Source: Camelus ferus (Eukaryota). Taken from it: DNA of 64,000 bases. The notes below the pieces were generated by a model. It did no database searches, was not told the DNA's origin, and worked only from the letters and a program-made list of their open reading frames with translations. Position 1 is the stretch's first letter; every line of letters begins with the position of its first letter. Shown piece by piece: positions 12,772-25,584 of the stretch. The stretch covers positions 4,280,001 to 4,344,000 of the forward strand of contig NC_045696.1 of NCBI RefSeq assembly GCF_009834535.1, given 5' to 3'. A program made the position numbers and the translations under genes.

Positions 12772-12990
12772 TGGCTAACATTTATTGGGCACTCACTGTA
12801 TACACAGGTGTGGATGATCTACTTTTATGAAACATTTATATTGCACTTACTGTGTACACAGTTGTAGATACTCTATTTTTATTAAGTCATTTATAAACCA
12901 TGGACAGAAGAGGAAACTGAAGTGCAAGAAGTTTAAGTAAGTAGCCTGCAGAGGAAGTGGAGGGTAGATAATTGGTGTGAGACGATTTTT
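12772..12990 (-). mobile_element. MIR
   Basis: gctaacatttattgggcactcactgt ... acagaagaggaaactgaagtgcaagaagtttaagtaa. Confidence 0.7.
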
Positions 12991-13439
12991 CATTTGAGAG
13001 TATTTTGCAAAATGTAAAATCCTATACAAACCTAAAGGAAGCACCAGGGCCTTGTTATCTAGAGGAGAAGAAGAATAGATTATTCCAGTGCCTGAGTGAA
13101 ATATTTTACTGCATGAATGTTTTACAATATTAAAATAAAAATACCATTAAGGGCTTCACTAGCTACTCTCAGGCACTCTTACTGCGTGACAGGAGCTCTA
13201 CACGCGTCCTCACTCTCCTGTCATCGTGTCTCACAGGGGATGAGACCTGGGCTCAGTGACCAGCCGGCGAGACTCACCGCCCTCCACCTGGTGCTGAGAG
13301 TGACCTGGGCGTGCTTTCCCCACAGCAGTTCAAACACGGCTCTGTCCACCCCCCTGTTTGCGAAGCACCAGCAAGTCCTTAGGCACTCAGAGGGCTTCCT
13401 GACCACCCCAGTTCACTGTGACCCCCGCCCTCCATCATC

Positions 13440-13565
13440 ACACACGCCACACACATTATACACCACACCACACACCATATACCATATTACATACCACACC
13501 ACACACCTCATCACATGCTGCACCGTGCACACACCCCCCACAGCACGCACACACCACGCACACAA
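13440..13565 (+). repeat. Degenerate CA/CAC-rich simple repeat
   Basis: cacacgccacacacattatacaccacaccacacacc... Confidence 0.75.
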
Positions 13566-16500
13566 GCAAACAGACTATCTCTTGATGGCTTATAAGCCAC
13601 AAGCGCCAGGGCCGGTGCTCCCAGCACATGGGTGCAGGTTTGTCCGGCCCTGCCCAGCACTCTGACTAGGACTGGCTCCTCTAGAATAAAAGAAGGGCTC
13701 ATCTACCCAGGTCATCAGCAGAGCTGGGTTGCTCAGAACTTCTCCAGGCATTGGGGTCCTAATTTTGGGGGAAGTGCAGGGTCTCCTGGGGGTAGTCACT
13801 TACCTGAGAAGCTGGGATTTGCCTGCAAAGGAAGGGTTCTGTCCCCCCTCCCACCCCCAATCTGGGCCCCACTCCCTGTCCCATTCCATAGACCCTCTTC
13901 CAGCAACAGCAGCTCTGTCAGGGAACTCGCATGAAATGCCCTGTGTTGGAGGACAATTAACAGAGTTTCTTATCCAAGATGAATCTGCCTGTAATAGGAA
14001 TGTATGCACCTGGGAGCACATTTTGTCTGCAAACACTTCTCTTTGCTAGGCAGGGGTTTGGAGGAGCCGGCCAGCTTGGCAGATCTCACCCATTGTCAGT
14101 GCTTTCTCTTAAGCCTGTAGGTTTGGTCTTCTGGGCAGAAGGGTAGGCCTCGGTCTCATCTGCCATCCGCTTTCACAACGGAAGAAACAGTTGAAAACAG
14201 TTCAAGTGAGTTTACAGTCAGGTCCCTCTTGGGAATCTCTCTGGTGTCAAATGCTCACGTTCCCCGGGGTCCCCTGCTGGGTGGGCAGGTGGCTGTGCCT
14301 GGGGCTCCTTTTAAAAATATGGATGTAGGTTTCAGATTAGTTTGAATACGTTTGTTCAGTCCCTGGTTGATTTTTCCTCTCCCTGAATCACATTTTTGCC
14401 CCCCTGGCTAGAAATGTTTTAGAAAAAAAAAACAAAACACAGGCGTAGGTCGGCCCGTCTGCTGCGGGCCCGGCTTTCCGCGGGCTGGCTGAATCCCTCT
14501 TTGTTCACTACCACAAGCCCCGCTTTGACCTCCCCCCATCTGCGTCCATGTGAAGCCCTGTACCAGGTGATGAAAGGGTTTTTCCTACGTCTCCCTCCTT
14601 TGTTTTCCAGGAACAGCTGGGAGGGCGTGTTTTCAGACGAGCAAGTTCCCAGAAGCAAGTGGCCGAGGAAGCAAACCCTGGAGAACGAGGATGGACTTGC
14701 CTTGAAGACACCACGTCTTTTACTGAGCTGCCTGTTTACTTTTTACTCCAAGCGGTGACCTCCCAGGATCCCCACTGTCAGGGCTGGCAGGGTCCGTCTC
14801 TGTCCTCAGAGACCAGCTCCCGAGGAGCCGGACTTCCAGACCAGCCAGCGGGGAGCGGACAGCCCTCAGGCCGTCGGGAGCACAGTCTGTAGCAGTGAGG
14901 GCCCTGGGCCAGGGCCCGCACACCCTGCTCCCAGAGGCCTCACGCGCCTGGTGTAGCTCCCGGCCCAGAGCCGTCTGGAAATACCAGTTTTATCACGCTA
15001 ATGGCCCAGGGCTGTGACCGCCCAGCTCAGCAGGGCCACGAGGGAGGATAAGAATGGCGGTGTGTTCAGAAGAGACAGCACCCCCCCACACACACACCCT
15101 TCCTTGGGAACCCCTAGCAGCCCTCTCTGCCCCTTCCCCAGGAATGCATCCAAAAGTCACCAGCTCTTGGAACTGCCTCCTTCCCAGATGGCACCTGCTT
15201 CATGACCCTGCCCTGGTGAGGTGCTCCAGGACATAAAGGTGACACTGTAACTGCATTCATCTAGCACAGTCACATCCATGGAAAGCAGAAGTGAGAACGA
15301 GGACAGGTTTTGGCAGCTGCGGTCTCGAAGATCAGGAAGCAAGATGGGTGAACACCTGGTCTCAGGACTTAGACCTAATGGCTTGACTGTCCCCTGAGGT
15401 GGGACCAGTGTCTCAGAACTCATGTTTTGGGACCTTCACTGCATCAGGGGTCCGGATGCTCCTGTCCTCTGTCCAGGGGCGCCCTGCTCAGCTGGAGGCC
15501 AGTCTTTGGAGCAAGGACAGCGGTAACCATCAGGGGCTGGGGAGGGCCCCTCTCTCGCCCAGGGAACCTCTGTGCCCTCTGTCCCCTTCATTCCTTCCCA
15601 CCTCCCTCCCTCTCACGGTTACCATCCCGTCCCCCCACATCCTGTCATTCCTTAGCCTCCAGTGGTGTCGTTACCCTCCCTTCTAGGGGCACTCTGAACC
15701 GGCCCCCTGCTGCCCCCAGTTCTCCCAGTTCACTAGGCCAGTGACAGCAACAACCAGTATGTGCAATGCTTCCCAGAGCTCAAAGAAGGTTTTAGCTTCA
15801 CGATGTCCTTTGTTCCTCCCAAGAGCCTCGTGAAAACGGGTGGACTCTGGATTCGTTTTCTAAAGACGCGTTTATTTGGTTTGAATAAGCGTTTTGCCCC
15901 CCGCCCGACTCCAGACATCACATATTTGAAGAAAGGGTTCTTCTGTTGCTGATCAACATACAATGAAGCTTTTTAGGGGGCTGTACAGCGCACGCTACCT
16001 CCTCACCGTCACAAAACCTGGGGGTGGAAAGGGAACATACTGACACCCATTAGTCTGATACTCCCTTTACTTTGCGGTAAAAGTAAGTAGCTTGAATTTC
16101 TACAGTGCTTTATATTTTTAAAAAAAATCCACATTCAATTCACAATGTAACTGGATTGTCTCAGCAATCTTCCTAGGTGTGTGGGGGGTAAGAATTAGTA
16201 TTTCTAGCTTACATAGCGAGGAAACCGAGGCTTATATAAGCTACATGGTTTGTTTGGAGTCACAGATAATTTGAGTTTATATTTTCTGACTTTTTTCTAC
16301 TAAAGACTTCAATTTCCTTTCTAAAAGCATGGTTTCTGGATACAGATGCCAAACACGAGAGCAGGCGCGCGTGTGCATGGTCTCCCCGCACCAAACGCAG
16401 CCACTCAGAGCCGCTCCTCCTCTGGCCGTTTTCGGATGACCTGCAGGACACATACGCCTCCCCCACCCTCCACACACACTTTCTGGCAATTTTTCCTGCT

Positions 16501-17232
16501 CTTTTCTCCAGTGTGCCCCACGGAAGTTGCTACATCGACACACCCAGTCCTGGGTGGCCCGCTGTCCCTGGAATAGCGCTGGGGACATGGCTGCTGCTTT
16601 ACAGTTTGTGCTTGCGACCTAGCTGGACTCGCCTCGTGACCTGGAAAAGCAGGCTTTCTGGACAATTTTCCTGAAGGAGAAATGAGAGTCGTCACGATAT
16701 TCGGTGATTTAAGCATATCCTCAACACGGCCTTCCCTGCTTGAAGCACTGGTGGTGAAATTGTCTCAACAATACAGCCCCTTTTACTGAGCAGCTGGCCA
16801 CCGAGTCATAGCCACTCGAAGAGCACGGAGCCCGGGTGCTGTGAGCTCGGGGGCCCTGGGGGTGGCGCTTGTCTGCGCAGGCTTGGCGTCGGGGAGCCCT
16901 GGGGGCCTGGAGAGGTGGCACCTGTGCTCAGGAGCCTTAGCGGGGTACCTCCTGCAGGACCGCAGGCAAAGCAAGCAGTGATGGTGTTGGTGAGACAGCG
17001 CTGAGGAAGGGATGGGTTAAACCAGGGTATGTGAGGACCAGGCGACAAGACAAGTTAACACGGACTGGACAAGCTTAAGTGGAGAACCAGACGTGGGTTT
17101 CAGATCCCCTCCTGTTCTTTACTGGTGATTGGGAGGCAGACGGACTCTGGCCTCCGAGGTCTTCCTGCAGAACAAAGAGTAGGTCTCAGTAGTTAATGGT
17201 TTAAAAGAACAAGGAATGTAGGAACAAATGGC

Positions 17233-17782
17233 TGTTATGAGGCCAGAGAAGTAACGGAGACAATAAATCAGTTACAAAGTTCTGTTTCAAAGGTAGAGAT
17301 CAGCCTGGCACATATTCTTGAGCTGTTTTGCAGGATCCAATCCCCCTTCAGCACTCAGCCACCAGGTTAACGGCGGCCTGAGGTTGGAAGACGCTGACCT
17401 TTGCTGGCCCTCATCACTTCACTCACCTAGGTGCCTGGACTTTGTCAATCTGGAGTAAACTTTGCCTCATTTTAATGCTAAACTCTCCGTCCCAAGGGAG
17501 GGGGTTGTTGCCATTTTTAACACGCAGCTTAGGTCTGAGAGGGTTGGCACCCTGGGCATGTGCATCTAGAACCCCACCCCTACCGGGAAGGTCACACTCC
17601 CTTCCTGAGTGTGCAGGCACCCCTAGCTTAAAACTGCCCTGATTTTGCTGTTCAGGGAGTCCATGCTTTGAGAGCTATCTCCCTGTCTCTGTCACAAGTA
17701 GTAACACTTCTGCTTTGATCGAAAGTACTTGGCGTGTTCATTGACTATGCACCCGAGCACAGACCCACTGAGAGCAGTAACA
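17233..17782 (+). mobile_element. ERV1-type solo LTR
   Basis: TGTTA...TAACA termini, ATGGC on both flanks (17228-17232, 17783-17787), TATA-like cttaaaa followed by ttcagggag..ctttgag R-region. The 5' boundary could extend to about 17165. Confidence 0.75.
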
Positions 17783-17917
17783 ATGGCTGTTGCATCAGAG
17801 ACACACCAGGGGCTGGGGAAGGAGAGAGGGAAAAAGGTGGAAAGTAAGGAGGGCCTTCAGCAAGAGTCTGCTGGGTTTGGAGTAGGGGACCAGCTGGTGA
17901 CAGATGTGGTCGTCTTG

Positions 17918-18336
17918 TGTGAAAATTAATAAAAGGAAACCTCCCTAAAATAAAGTCAGGGGGCGGGAAGGGGGAGCTCTTACACACCTACCATGGAAGT
18001 CACTGCAGATTCCAACTTGAGGAAAGGTATCCCTGCGTCTCAGGCAGGAAGCTTACCAGTTTCCTTCCCCAGCAGGAGGAAGATTTTCTCTTCGCTTGAC
18101 AACAGCTCAGCCAATGGAAAGCCCCTATACTTCCCACTCCATCCTCCAACGGACACTTTGTTTCAGACTGCCCCTCCCAGCTCCCTCTTCTCCTCTGTCT
18201 AAGTTTCCTTTCCTTTGCTTTCTGGACTGATGGGAGATTGGACATCAGGGCGTGGCCGAGTTACTATTCCCCACTGCTCTTGAATAAACCTGTTTTGCTG
18301 GTAAATTCACTGGCGGCTTTACTGTTACAGGCGCGC
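17918..18336 (+). mobile_element. ERV1-type solo LTR (different family)
   Basis: Starts tgtgaaaattaataaaagg, has CCAAT (agccaatgg) and polyA signal gaataaacc near 18282. Possible TSD CTTG at 17914-17917 and 18337-18340. Confidence 0.7.
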
Positions 18337-18894
18337 CTTGTTAACCTGGTCCTTGTTGATTTAGGAGAGGGGCCCTGCCTTAGCCCCGGAACTGCCAGGC
18401 TCCCTGGGAGGTTTAAGGCAAAACTAGAAAAGCCGGTTTTGTGAGTAGATATACTTTCTTCTTGTCTGTAGTTTTCTAACTACAGGAAACGTTTCTGTCT
18501 GAGCTGGCCACGCCCCCCCCAAGCAGCGGGCCCGCCCCTCGGCGTTTTCTCTCTAATACCCTGTCAACTGGGTCTTGATCAGGACCTCAGCCTCCTTTAT
18601 GCCTCAGTCTGCAAACTGCGTTCACTAGGATTTTTTTTTAAGGCTCAAATGTCCTCCCTTTATTTTTCCACATAATGACCCACAATCAGATTTATGCAGG
18701 AAGAGTTCACCCCATTTCATCATGACTCCCTGCAGGTGTTGCTTCCCACTCCTGCCTTGTTAGATGTGCAGTGTGGACCCTGGCTTCCGGAGGCCCCGCT
18801 GATTTGCTGACTTAGACGTTAGGGTCTGGAGGAGCAAGTGCGTTCAGCACCGAGTTACAAAGGGCAGTTTGGTGTCGTACGAAGGGCACAGACC

Positions 18895-19070
18895 GTGAAG
18901 CCCAGCAAGCCTTAGAGCCATCCTGGTGCCGCCACTTCCCAGCTGTGGGACTTTCGGTAGTTTCTCACCCTCTCTGGCCCTCAGATTTCCGCCGCTGTGA
19001 ATTGGGCCAATAGTCCTCCCCTCGTGGAACAGCAAGATTCCACGTGCTGTGCTGAGTAAGCCTGGCCCAC
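18895..19070 (+). mobile_element. MIR
   Basis: gccacttcccagctgtgggactttcggtagtttctcaccctctctggccctcagatttcc. Confidence 0.65.
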
Positions 19071-19248
19071 GGGGCTTCTGGGCCACCCCTTCCCCCCACA
19101 TTAGCCCCAGGACTGAGGACACCGGAAAAACCGCACAATTTATTCCGTGAATTATCTAAAAATTGTCAAGACCAACCTGACTAAAATCAGAACACAAGTC
19201 CACTCCGTGCTTCATTGTGTACAAAAGGGAAAACTCAGAAAACCTTTG

Positions 19249-19725
19249 TGTCTACGGAAATAAAATTCACAACCTAAGTTGAGAGTTATGTTTTATTCAC
19301 AGGACTTTCTGAGGGTCCGAACCTGGGGTGACAGCCTCTCAGATAGTTCTAAGAGACTGTTCCAAAGTGACAGGGAGGAGCCAGGATATACAGGAGTTTT
19401 GCCAGAAAGACCAGGTAGTCGGAACATCAAATAGTTCCTGTTAAAGAAAGCCAGACATCTCAAGTTAAGGAATTTAGGCTTTTCTACGTGTGGGAAGGTG
19501 CAAAGGTCTGTGCTCATTGAAATCTTCCCTTTGACGTGCACCTAGCTGTCTAGGGCAGTGTCCCATTCTTCCACATCCTGAGTTCCCCCAGGGGCACGCT
19601 GGGGGCTGCTTGCTTGTTTCCCTCCTGAGTCCCCTCCCCTCACTGTCGGGGGGTGACAGTAGTGGCTGATGGCTTGGTGGCTGCAGCATCCTTTACTGAT
19701 ACAGCTGCAATATTTTTCATTCACA
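19249..19725 (-). mobile_element. ERV1-type solo LTR, family A copy 1
   Basis: TG...CA termini, perfect 4-bp TSD TTTG (19245-19248, 19726-19729), polyA signal as TTTATT at 19292-19297. Visibly homologous to 34262-34730 and 35804-36308. Confidence 0.92.
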
Positions 19726-20765
19726 TTTGATTTTAGAACAAAAATCCAGGTGGATCAGATGCTGTAGTCTCACCATGGTTAAATGGAAGGAGAGAAACCT
19801 AGAGGTTAATAAAACATCTGATCGGATCCTTTGCAAAGCGGTCGGCCTCCAGGCACATGGTTCCGGGCTTCTGGCTGAGCCAAGGGGGGCGCGCGAGCCA
19901 GAGGCCTGGGAGGCACTGCAACTGGCCCAGCGCCGCGGACAGGCCCTTCCCCTGTGTCACCGCCTGGTTAAGCTGCCACAGGGGAGACGGGGGCCTCTGC
20001 TCTGAGTCAAGGTGTGACAGGTGACGACAGCAGGGAATTCCCAGGACTGGGATTCAGTAACAACTGTAGGGCCCCTCGTGGGCTGGGCACATCTGAGCTT
20101 CGTAATTAATACATGCAGAGTCCTTTCCTCATCACCTGGAAGTGCTTCCTACAACCCGTCAGATTACGCCGCTCACAGAGGCCAGCACTCACTTCTATGT
20201 CGTGCAGGACGGAGCTGGCCCCTCAACAGCTCGCAGAGCCTTTCTGCCCGTGACGTGGATGACAGCGCCAGCAGGTCTCGCTCAGGGAGCCCAGGCACTG
20301 TGGTGGCTCTTGTGGCCTAGGTCTCAGCCCTGGCTGTCCCCAGAGCACACTGCTCCCCCGGCGTCTGGAGCTGGGGCCTGGGGTGAGGCCATGATGGGGA
20401 GGCTGTGCTGCGGCCCCAGGGCAGTGCCAGGAAAGGGGGGCACCGAGGGACGTCCTGGTGAAGCAACACCCTCCACTCTTGCAGGAGCCCCGGGGGTCCT
20501 TCCTGCCCCAGGCTCCAGCTGCAGGTGGCCTGACCCTGATGCTCCAAGAAGGGCCTTACAGAAAATGAAGTACATGTTTGCTCCCAGGGCAGCCGAAGTT
20601 TACCAGGCACCGAGGTGGGAGGCATGGCGCTACTCCACTCCGGGATGCGGCCGCTCCCTCTTCCCACCCAGGGTTTTCCCTTTTTATCCACTTTCCACAT
20701 TGAGCTTTTAAAGAAAGATGCTTGTCCAAATTCCCCTGGAGGGTTGGAAGAGTACCCTCCCCTCA

Positions 20766-21096
20766 ACACACACACAGACACACACACACACAGACACACA
20801 CACACAGGCCCACAGACACACACACAGACACACACAGATACACACACACAGACCCACAGACACACACCCACAGATACACACACACAGACACACAGACACA
20901 CACACAGGCACACACACACACACACATACAGACACACAGACACACACACACAGAGACACACACACAGACACACACACATAGACACACACATAGACAGACA
21001 CACACACAGACACACAGATGCACACAGACACACAGACACGCACACAGACATACACACACACAGACACAGACACACACATACAGACACACACACGCA
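20766..21096 (+). repeat. Long compound (CA)n/(CACAGA)n microsatellite
   Basis: About 330 bp of CA repeats interrupted by GA/TA. Confidence 0.95.
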
Positions 21097-21375
21097 CTTG
21101 TGTAATTTCACTTCCTCCGAGGACAGTGGTGGAGTGCGCAGGCTTTGACAGTGACTGTCCTCAGTGAGGCGACAGTGGAAGTTGTGACCCAGTGGTTCCA
21201 GTGAGAAGGAACAGTGGAGTGGGGGGGGGGGTCCTTCTTTATCTAGAAATTAAGTTTCTTGCTTTTAAACAAATATATTAAAGATAAGGAGACGAAGCCT
21301 CTTCACTCTGGAAACGAGGCAGGAGAGCTGGGACCGGATGTCCCCCTCAGCGCGCCCGGGCTGTTGGACTACAGC

Positions 21376-21811
21376 TGGTGTGGGCTGAGTTGTGTTTCCA
21401 CCAAGTCCCGACGCTGAAGGCCTAACCCCAGTACCTGTGAACGTGGCCTTATTGGAAGTAGGGTCATCGCGGATGTCATTAGGTAGGACGCGGTCAGGCT
21501 AACCTCGTGTGACTGGTGTCCTTATAAAAGGCGAGATTTGGACTCAGACAGGCACATGGGGAGATGCCCTGTGAAGATGGAGGCAGAGATCAGGGAGGTG
21601 CTTGTATAAGTCAAGGGGTGACAGATCTCCAGCAAACCCCCAGAAGCCCGGGGAGGGCCTGGAACAGACTCTCCGTCACAGCCTCAGAAGGAACCAGCCC
21701 TGCGCATGCCTTGACCTGGATTCCAGCCTCCAGAGCTGGGAGCTGATCAATTTCCGCTGTTTAATCCACTCCACTTGTGGTGCTTTGTTACCACTGCCCT
21801 AGGATATTCAC
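21376..21811 (+). mobile_element. MLT1C-like MaLR solo LTR
   Basis: cctaaccccagtacctgtgaacgtggccttatt; tgactggtgtccttataaaagg; cagcctcagaaggaaccagccctgc; tttgttac..gccctagga. Confidence 0.88.
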
Positions 21812-23029
21812 ACAAGAATTGTGACTGGGAGTCAGTGCCGGGTCCTCGTTTCTGTCCTGGAAAAGCATAATGGCCTGAAGACCTGTACTGCCCTGAATCA
21901 GGGGCAGCCTGGCCATTGTGACACATTCCTGCCCCTTTGGTCAACAGCCCAGCATCCGGGTGCGGCAGGGGATCCTGGGCTACTGGGACAGAGAAGAGCC
22001 CCATGTGGCAGAGGCTGGATGCTGTGCTGGGGCTCCTGGTCCTAAAACTTGGGGATCAGCAAGAAGCTCTCTCCTCAGTCCCACAGGGTTAAGATAGAAG
22101 TTTCTTTGGAAGAATAAGTTCTGCAGGGAAGAAAGTTACACATAATTGGTCCAAGCCTGTCTTGTCTGGGTGATGCCACTTGCCCTGGGTCACGTTGCCA
22201 CCTGTCCCTCGGCTTGTGGTCCAGAGCAATCTCCTTCCCACTGGGACGTCGCAGAGGTCTGTCTGCTTCAGGGGAGAGACCACACTTATTTTCCTGATGC
22301 GGGGTCCCCCCTTCCCACCCCTCTTTCTCTCCAGAAGCGTCTTGGACACATCTGTCCCACCAGTTCCTCTGCTCTGCTCTCCAGATGAAGACACAGCCAA
22401 CCACCTTCCCTGTTTGCTTTTCCACATCAGGCACCAAGTGTTTCTAAGGACACAGGTGCCCCAGGGACAGGTGGGCTTTATAGCCCAGTAAATGTCAAAA
22501 TTATCCACAGAGCAAATGTTAGCGTGACCAGCAGCAGTACAGCCAAGGGCATCAGAGGCTGCTTCCCGGTGCCCCAGACAAGACCCGCCGCCAACCCTTC
22601 GGGTTAAAGTGCTCTGGGAAGCCCTCCGTGTTCCCAGACGTCAGTGCCCGCCCCAGCCCAGCCTGGCACGCAGTCCTCAGAACAGAGCAAGGAGAGGAGA
22701 GTTGCCTTGGATCCTCCGGAATGACTAGTGTGACAGACCCCTTGACACGTATGTATTGGTTTAGAGGAGCCAGAAAAGAGGCTCCCTCTGGGCGCCGCAT
22801 TCCAGGTTAAGGTTAAATGGAAGAGACTGGCTTCTGGGCGGGCCTGGGTGCAGGAGCTTCTGGAGCGGCCCCCCAAGTCCCTCCCATTGGCAGAAGGATG
22901 AGCAGACCAGCCCCTTGCCCTCCCTGGCTTCGGGGGGAGGTCCAGGCCGGCCCACCTCGACGCTGAGGGAGCTGCCGGGGCTGTGCTGGTGGGCACGGGG
23001 CGGGGTCTGGGGCGGGCGCCCCGCCGTGC

Positions 23030-23160
23030 ACCAGCTGTGCTGGCCTCAGACAGGCTCCCTGATGCTCAGTTTCCTCGTCTGGGAAATGGCTGCAATGATA
23101 CCCACCGTTCAGAGTGTGTGCTGTTCACACGCACGAGACACTTCAACGGTGCCAGGCTGA
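23030..23160 (+). mobile_element. MIR fragment
   Basis: gctcagtttcctcgtctgggaaatgg core. Confidence 0.6.
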
Positions 23161-23989
23161 CTGCAGCCCTGAATACCTGCCTGTGAGATGAGTGTGTAAA
23201 GCAAGCAGCTTGCTGTGGGCGGAGACGGGGCGCCTGGGTGACAAGAGGACGGACGTCTAGGGGGAGAGGGACCCGTAAGGAGAACGCAAGGTCAGCTCCA
23301 CCTGCCTCCGCGGGTTTGCGTCCTGCCCCAGCTCTCGCCACTGGAGCGGGAACGGCGTGCCAGGCTCACACCGTGGCCCCTTCTGCCAAGACGCCTCTTC
23401 TAAACAGTGAGCGAGAAAGTCGTGTGAGTGGGTGAAGCCAGAAGCCCATTTGGCAAGAGCGCTGTTCTGGAAAACGAACAGCCGTGTGGGCTGGGAGGAG
23501 GTTTTCTGCGCGTCTTCACCGTCTCTCCGGCTCCGCGTACCCCGGCTGAGCAGCGCTCGGCTGAGGGAAGGCGGGGCAGCAGATGGACAGAGATTTTTCT
23601 CAAACTTCTTTCTGAGCCAATTTCAAAATATAGACATGGTTGGTGGGGGGAGCCTTGTTTTCTCTTTTTAGTTTTGAAAGATTTCATATGAAGACACAGT
23701 TTTAAATTTCTTTCCCCCAACGAGCTGTTTGGAGATGGTGGTCCGGGAATGAGGTGGAATCTGTATTTATGGAGGAAGACTCACCCCAAAGCCATGCCCT
23801 TTCCTGCCCATAATTCAAGGAGCAGATATGTAGGGTTTTGGCTAAAGAGGGAGAGAGAGAGAGAGGGGCGTATTATGCAGGGATGTTCAAAGCAACTGTA
23901 GTGAAAACAGGTTTGGATTAATTCCATGAGAGTAAGTGTGGAGTTTTGGTCTGCTCAGCCATCCTACTGATCAACTGATGGATTGGCTT

Positions 23990-24080
23990 TTTCAAATGTA
24001 TATTGAGCACCCACTATAGACAGACACAGAGGTAGGCACTGAGAATTCAGCAATAAACAAAGCAGGACCTGACCTTCTCA
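23990..24080 (-). mobile_element. L2 3' terminus
   Basis: tatattgagcacccactat..gtaggcactgagaattcagcaataaacaaagcag. Confidence 0.65.
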
Positions 24081-25443
24081 GGCGGGTGCGGGGAGCGGTG
24101 GCTCTGGGGACGCCACACCCCAGGCAGCCGAGAGCAAGAACCCTGCCCCACAGCGGAGGCCAAGGGGCTCGTCCAGACCCTCCACCCTGCATCCTGCCGC
24201 TTCCTCGCCGTGTCTCTGGCTCTGGCTCCACAGCCCGGCTCCCCGCGCAGAAGGAAACCTCCACTGCCGCCACCTTCTTTTGGAAATCAGACACACCTGC
24301 GCTCACCTCCCGGCTCTGCCACTCAGCAGAGACTCGGTTTCCACCTGTGTCAGATCCAGCCGACAGCTTCCCGAACAGCTGGCAGGAGAATTTGAGAACA
24401 GTCACAAAGTGGCTGCACCGGGGCTGGTGTGAGCCCAGCGTGCCTGCTGTCCTCGCTGGCATCTCAGACCCGCCACCGCAAGGCCCTCCCTCTCCCATCT
24501 CCTTGGATGCTGGGCGGGACCCTTGGTGCACAGGGCCTGTCACTTGCCTAGGACCCAGGAACAGAGGGATGGAGCTGTGGCTGCTGCCCAGCCCCTGGGA
24601 AGCACAGCAGAACAGCGGTGAAGGGGCTGCCGCCCACCCCTGCCTGGCGGAGGTCCTGGGGGAGAAGCACGCGGACGCCATGGCTTTCTTAGTGAGCTGG
24701 ACCACTGAGACCCCTCTTCTGTGGGACACCTGGCTCTCGCCTGGTGTCTGTGTCCACTTATCCATGGGATCCCAACCAGGGGCAGCGCCACAGTCCAGCT
24801 GCCTCGATCCTACAAGGGAAGCCTAAGGCTCCAGGCTGCCTGGCACCGAGACTGAGCGTCTCGGCCCAGGGAGAGCTGAGAGGCACGGGCGTGCAGAGGG
24901 ACAGCTTGCCAGACTCCCCGACAGCTCTCTTGGTCCGTGGCAGGCCTCCGGGGGGGGGGGGGCCTGCTGGGAAAGTCAGCAGAGATGGAAGACCCTGCTG
25001 GACATTCTGAATTGACTGACTTATTGGGGACTGGGTTAGAGTTAGGTACCCCCTTCTTGTTTCTTCTTTCCTGAAAAGGGGGTGCAGCAGATACTTCCCC
25101 TGCTCAGGGGGCCCAGCAAGTCGGGCCATGCCCTCCTGCAGAATGCCACCCAGCTGTGCCCTAAGTGGAAGAGCTGGTGGCCCCGATCCCACACTCCTTG
25201 GCAGCACCGCTCCCAGCCTTGGCACAGAGGTAGCCCCACATTTCCATTGGCGAGTCTTTGCCATGTGGGACGGGACGGAGCAGGTCGCCGGGTGGGTGGC
25301 GCCACCCAGCAGGCTGGAACCTGCTTGGGGTGGAGGAGGGACCTCCCTGCAGGGATGCCTCTGGCCCAGAAGTCCTCCCACGGACCACCTCTGTCACCTT
25401 GATCTGCTGCTTGAGACCAGCTTTTATTTTTTTTAACCAACTC

Positions 25444-25584
25444 TTTTTTTTTTTTTTGGCATGTGAGGAGGAGGTAATTAAGGTTATTTATTTCTATTAT
25501 TATTTACTTCATGGAGGTACTGGGGATTGAACCCAGGACCTTGTGCATGCTGAGCACAAGCCAGCACTGAGCTGTACCCTCCGC
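25444..25584 (-). mobile_element. tRNA-Ala-derived SINE (camelid Vic-1-like)
   Basis: polyT, ggaggtaattaaggttattt tail, then tggaggtactggggattgaacccaggaccttgtgcatgc. Confidence 0.88.

Noticed and set aside
18843..18860. REST/NRSE site (TTCAGCACC)
   Set aside because: Only the left half is present; the GGACAG half is missing.
20317..21148. Stacked Cys-Val and His-Thr ORFs
   Set aside because: Translation artefacts of the CA microsatellite.
23992..24826. Overlapping 257-aa and 246-aa ORFs on opposite strands
   Set aside because: High-GC stop-codon depletion; no domain or exon structure seen.
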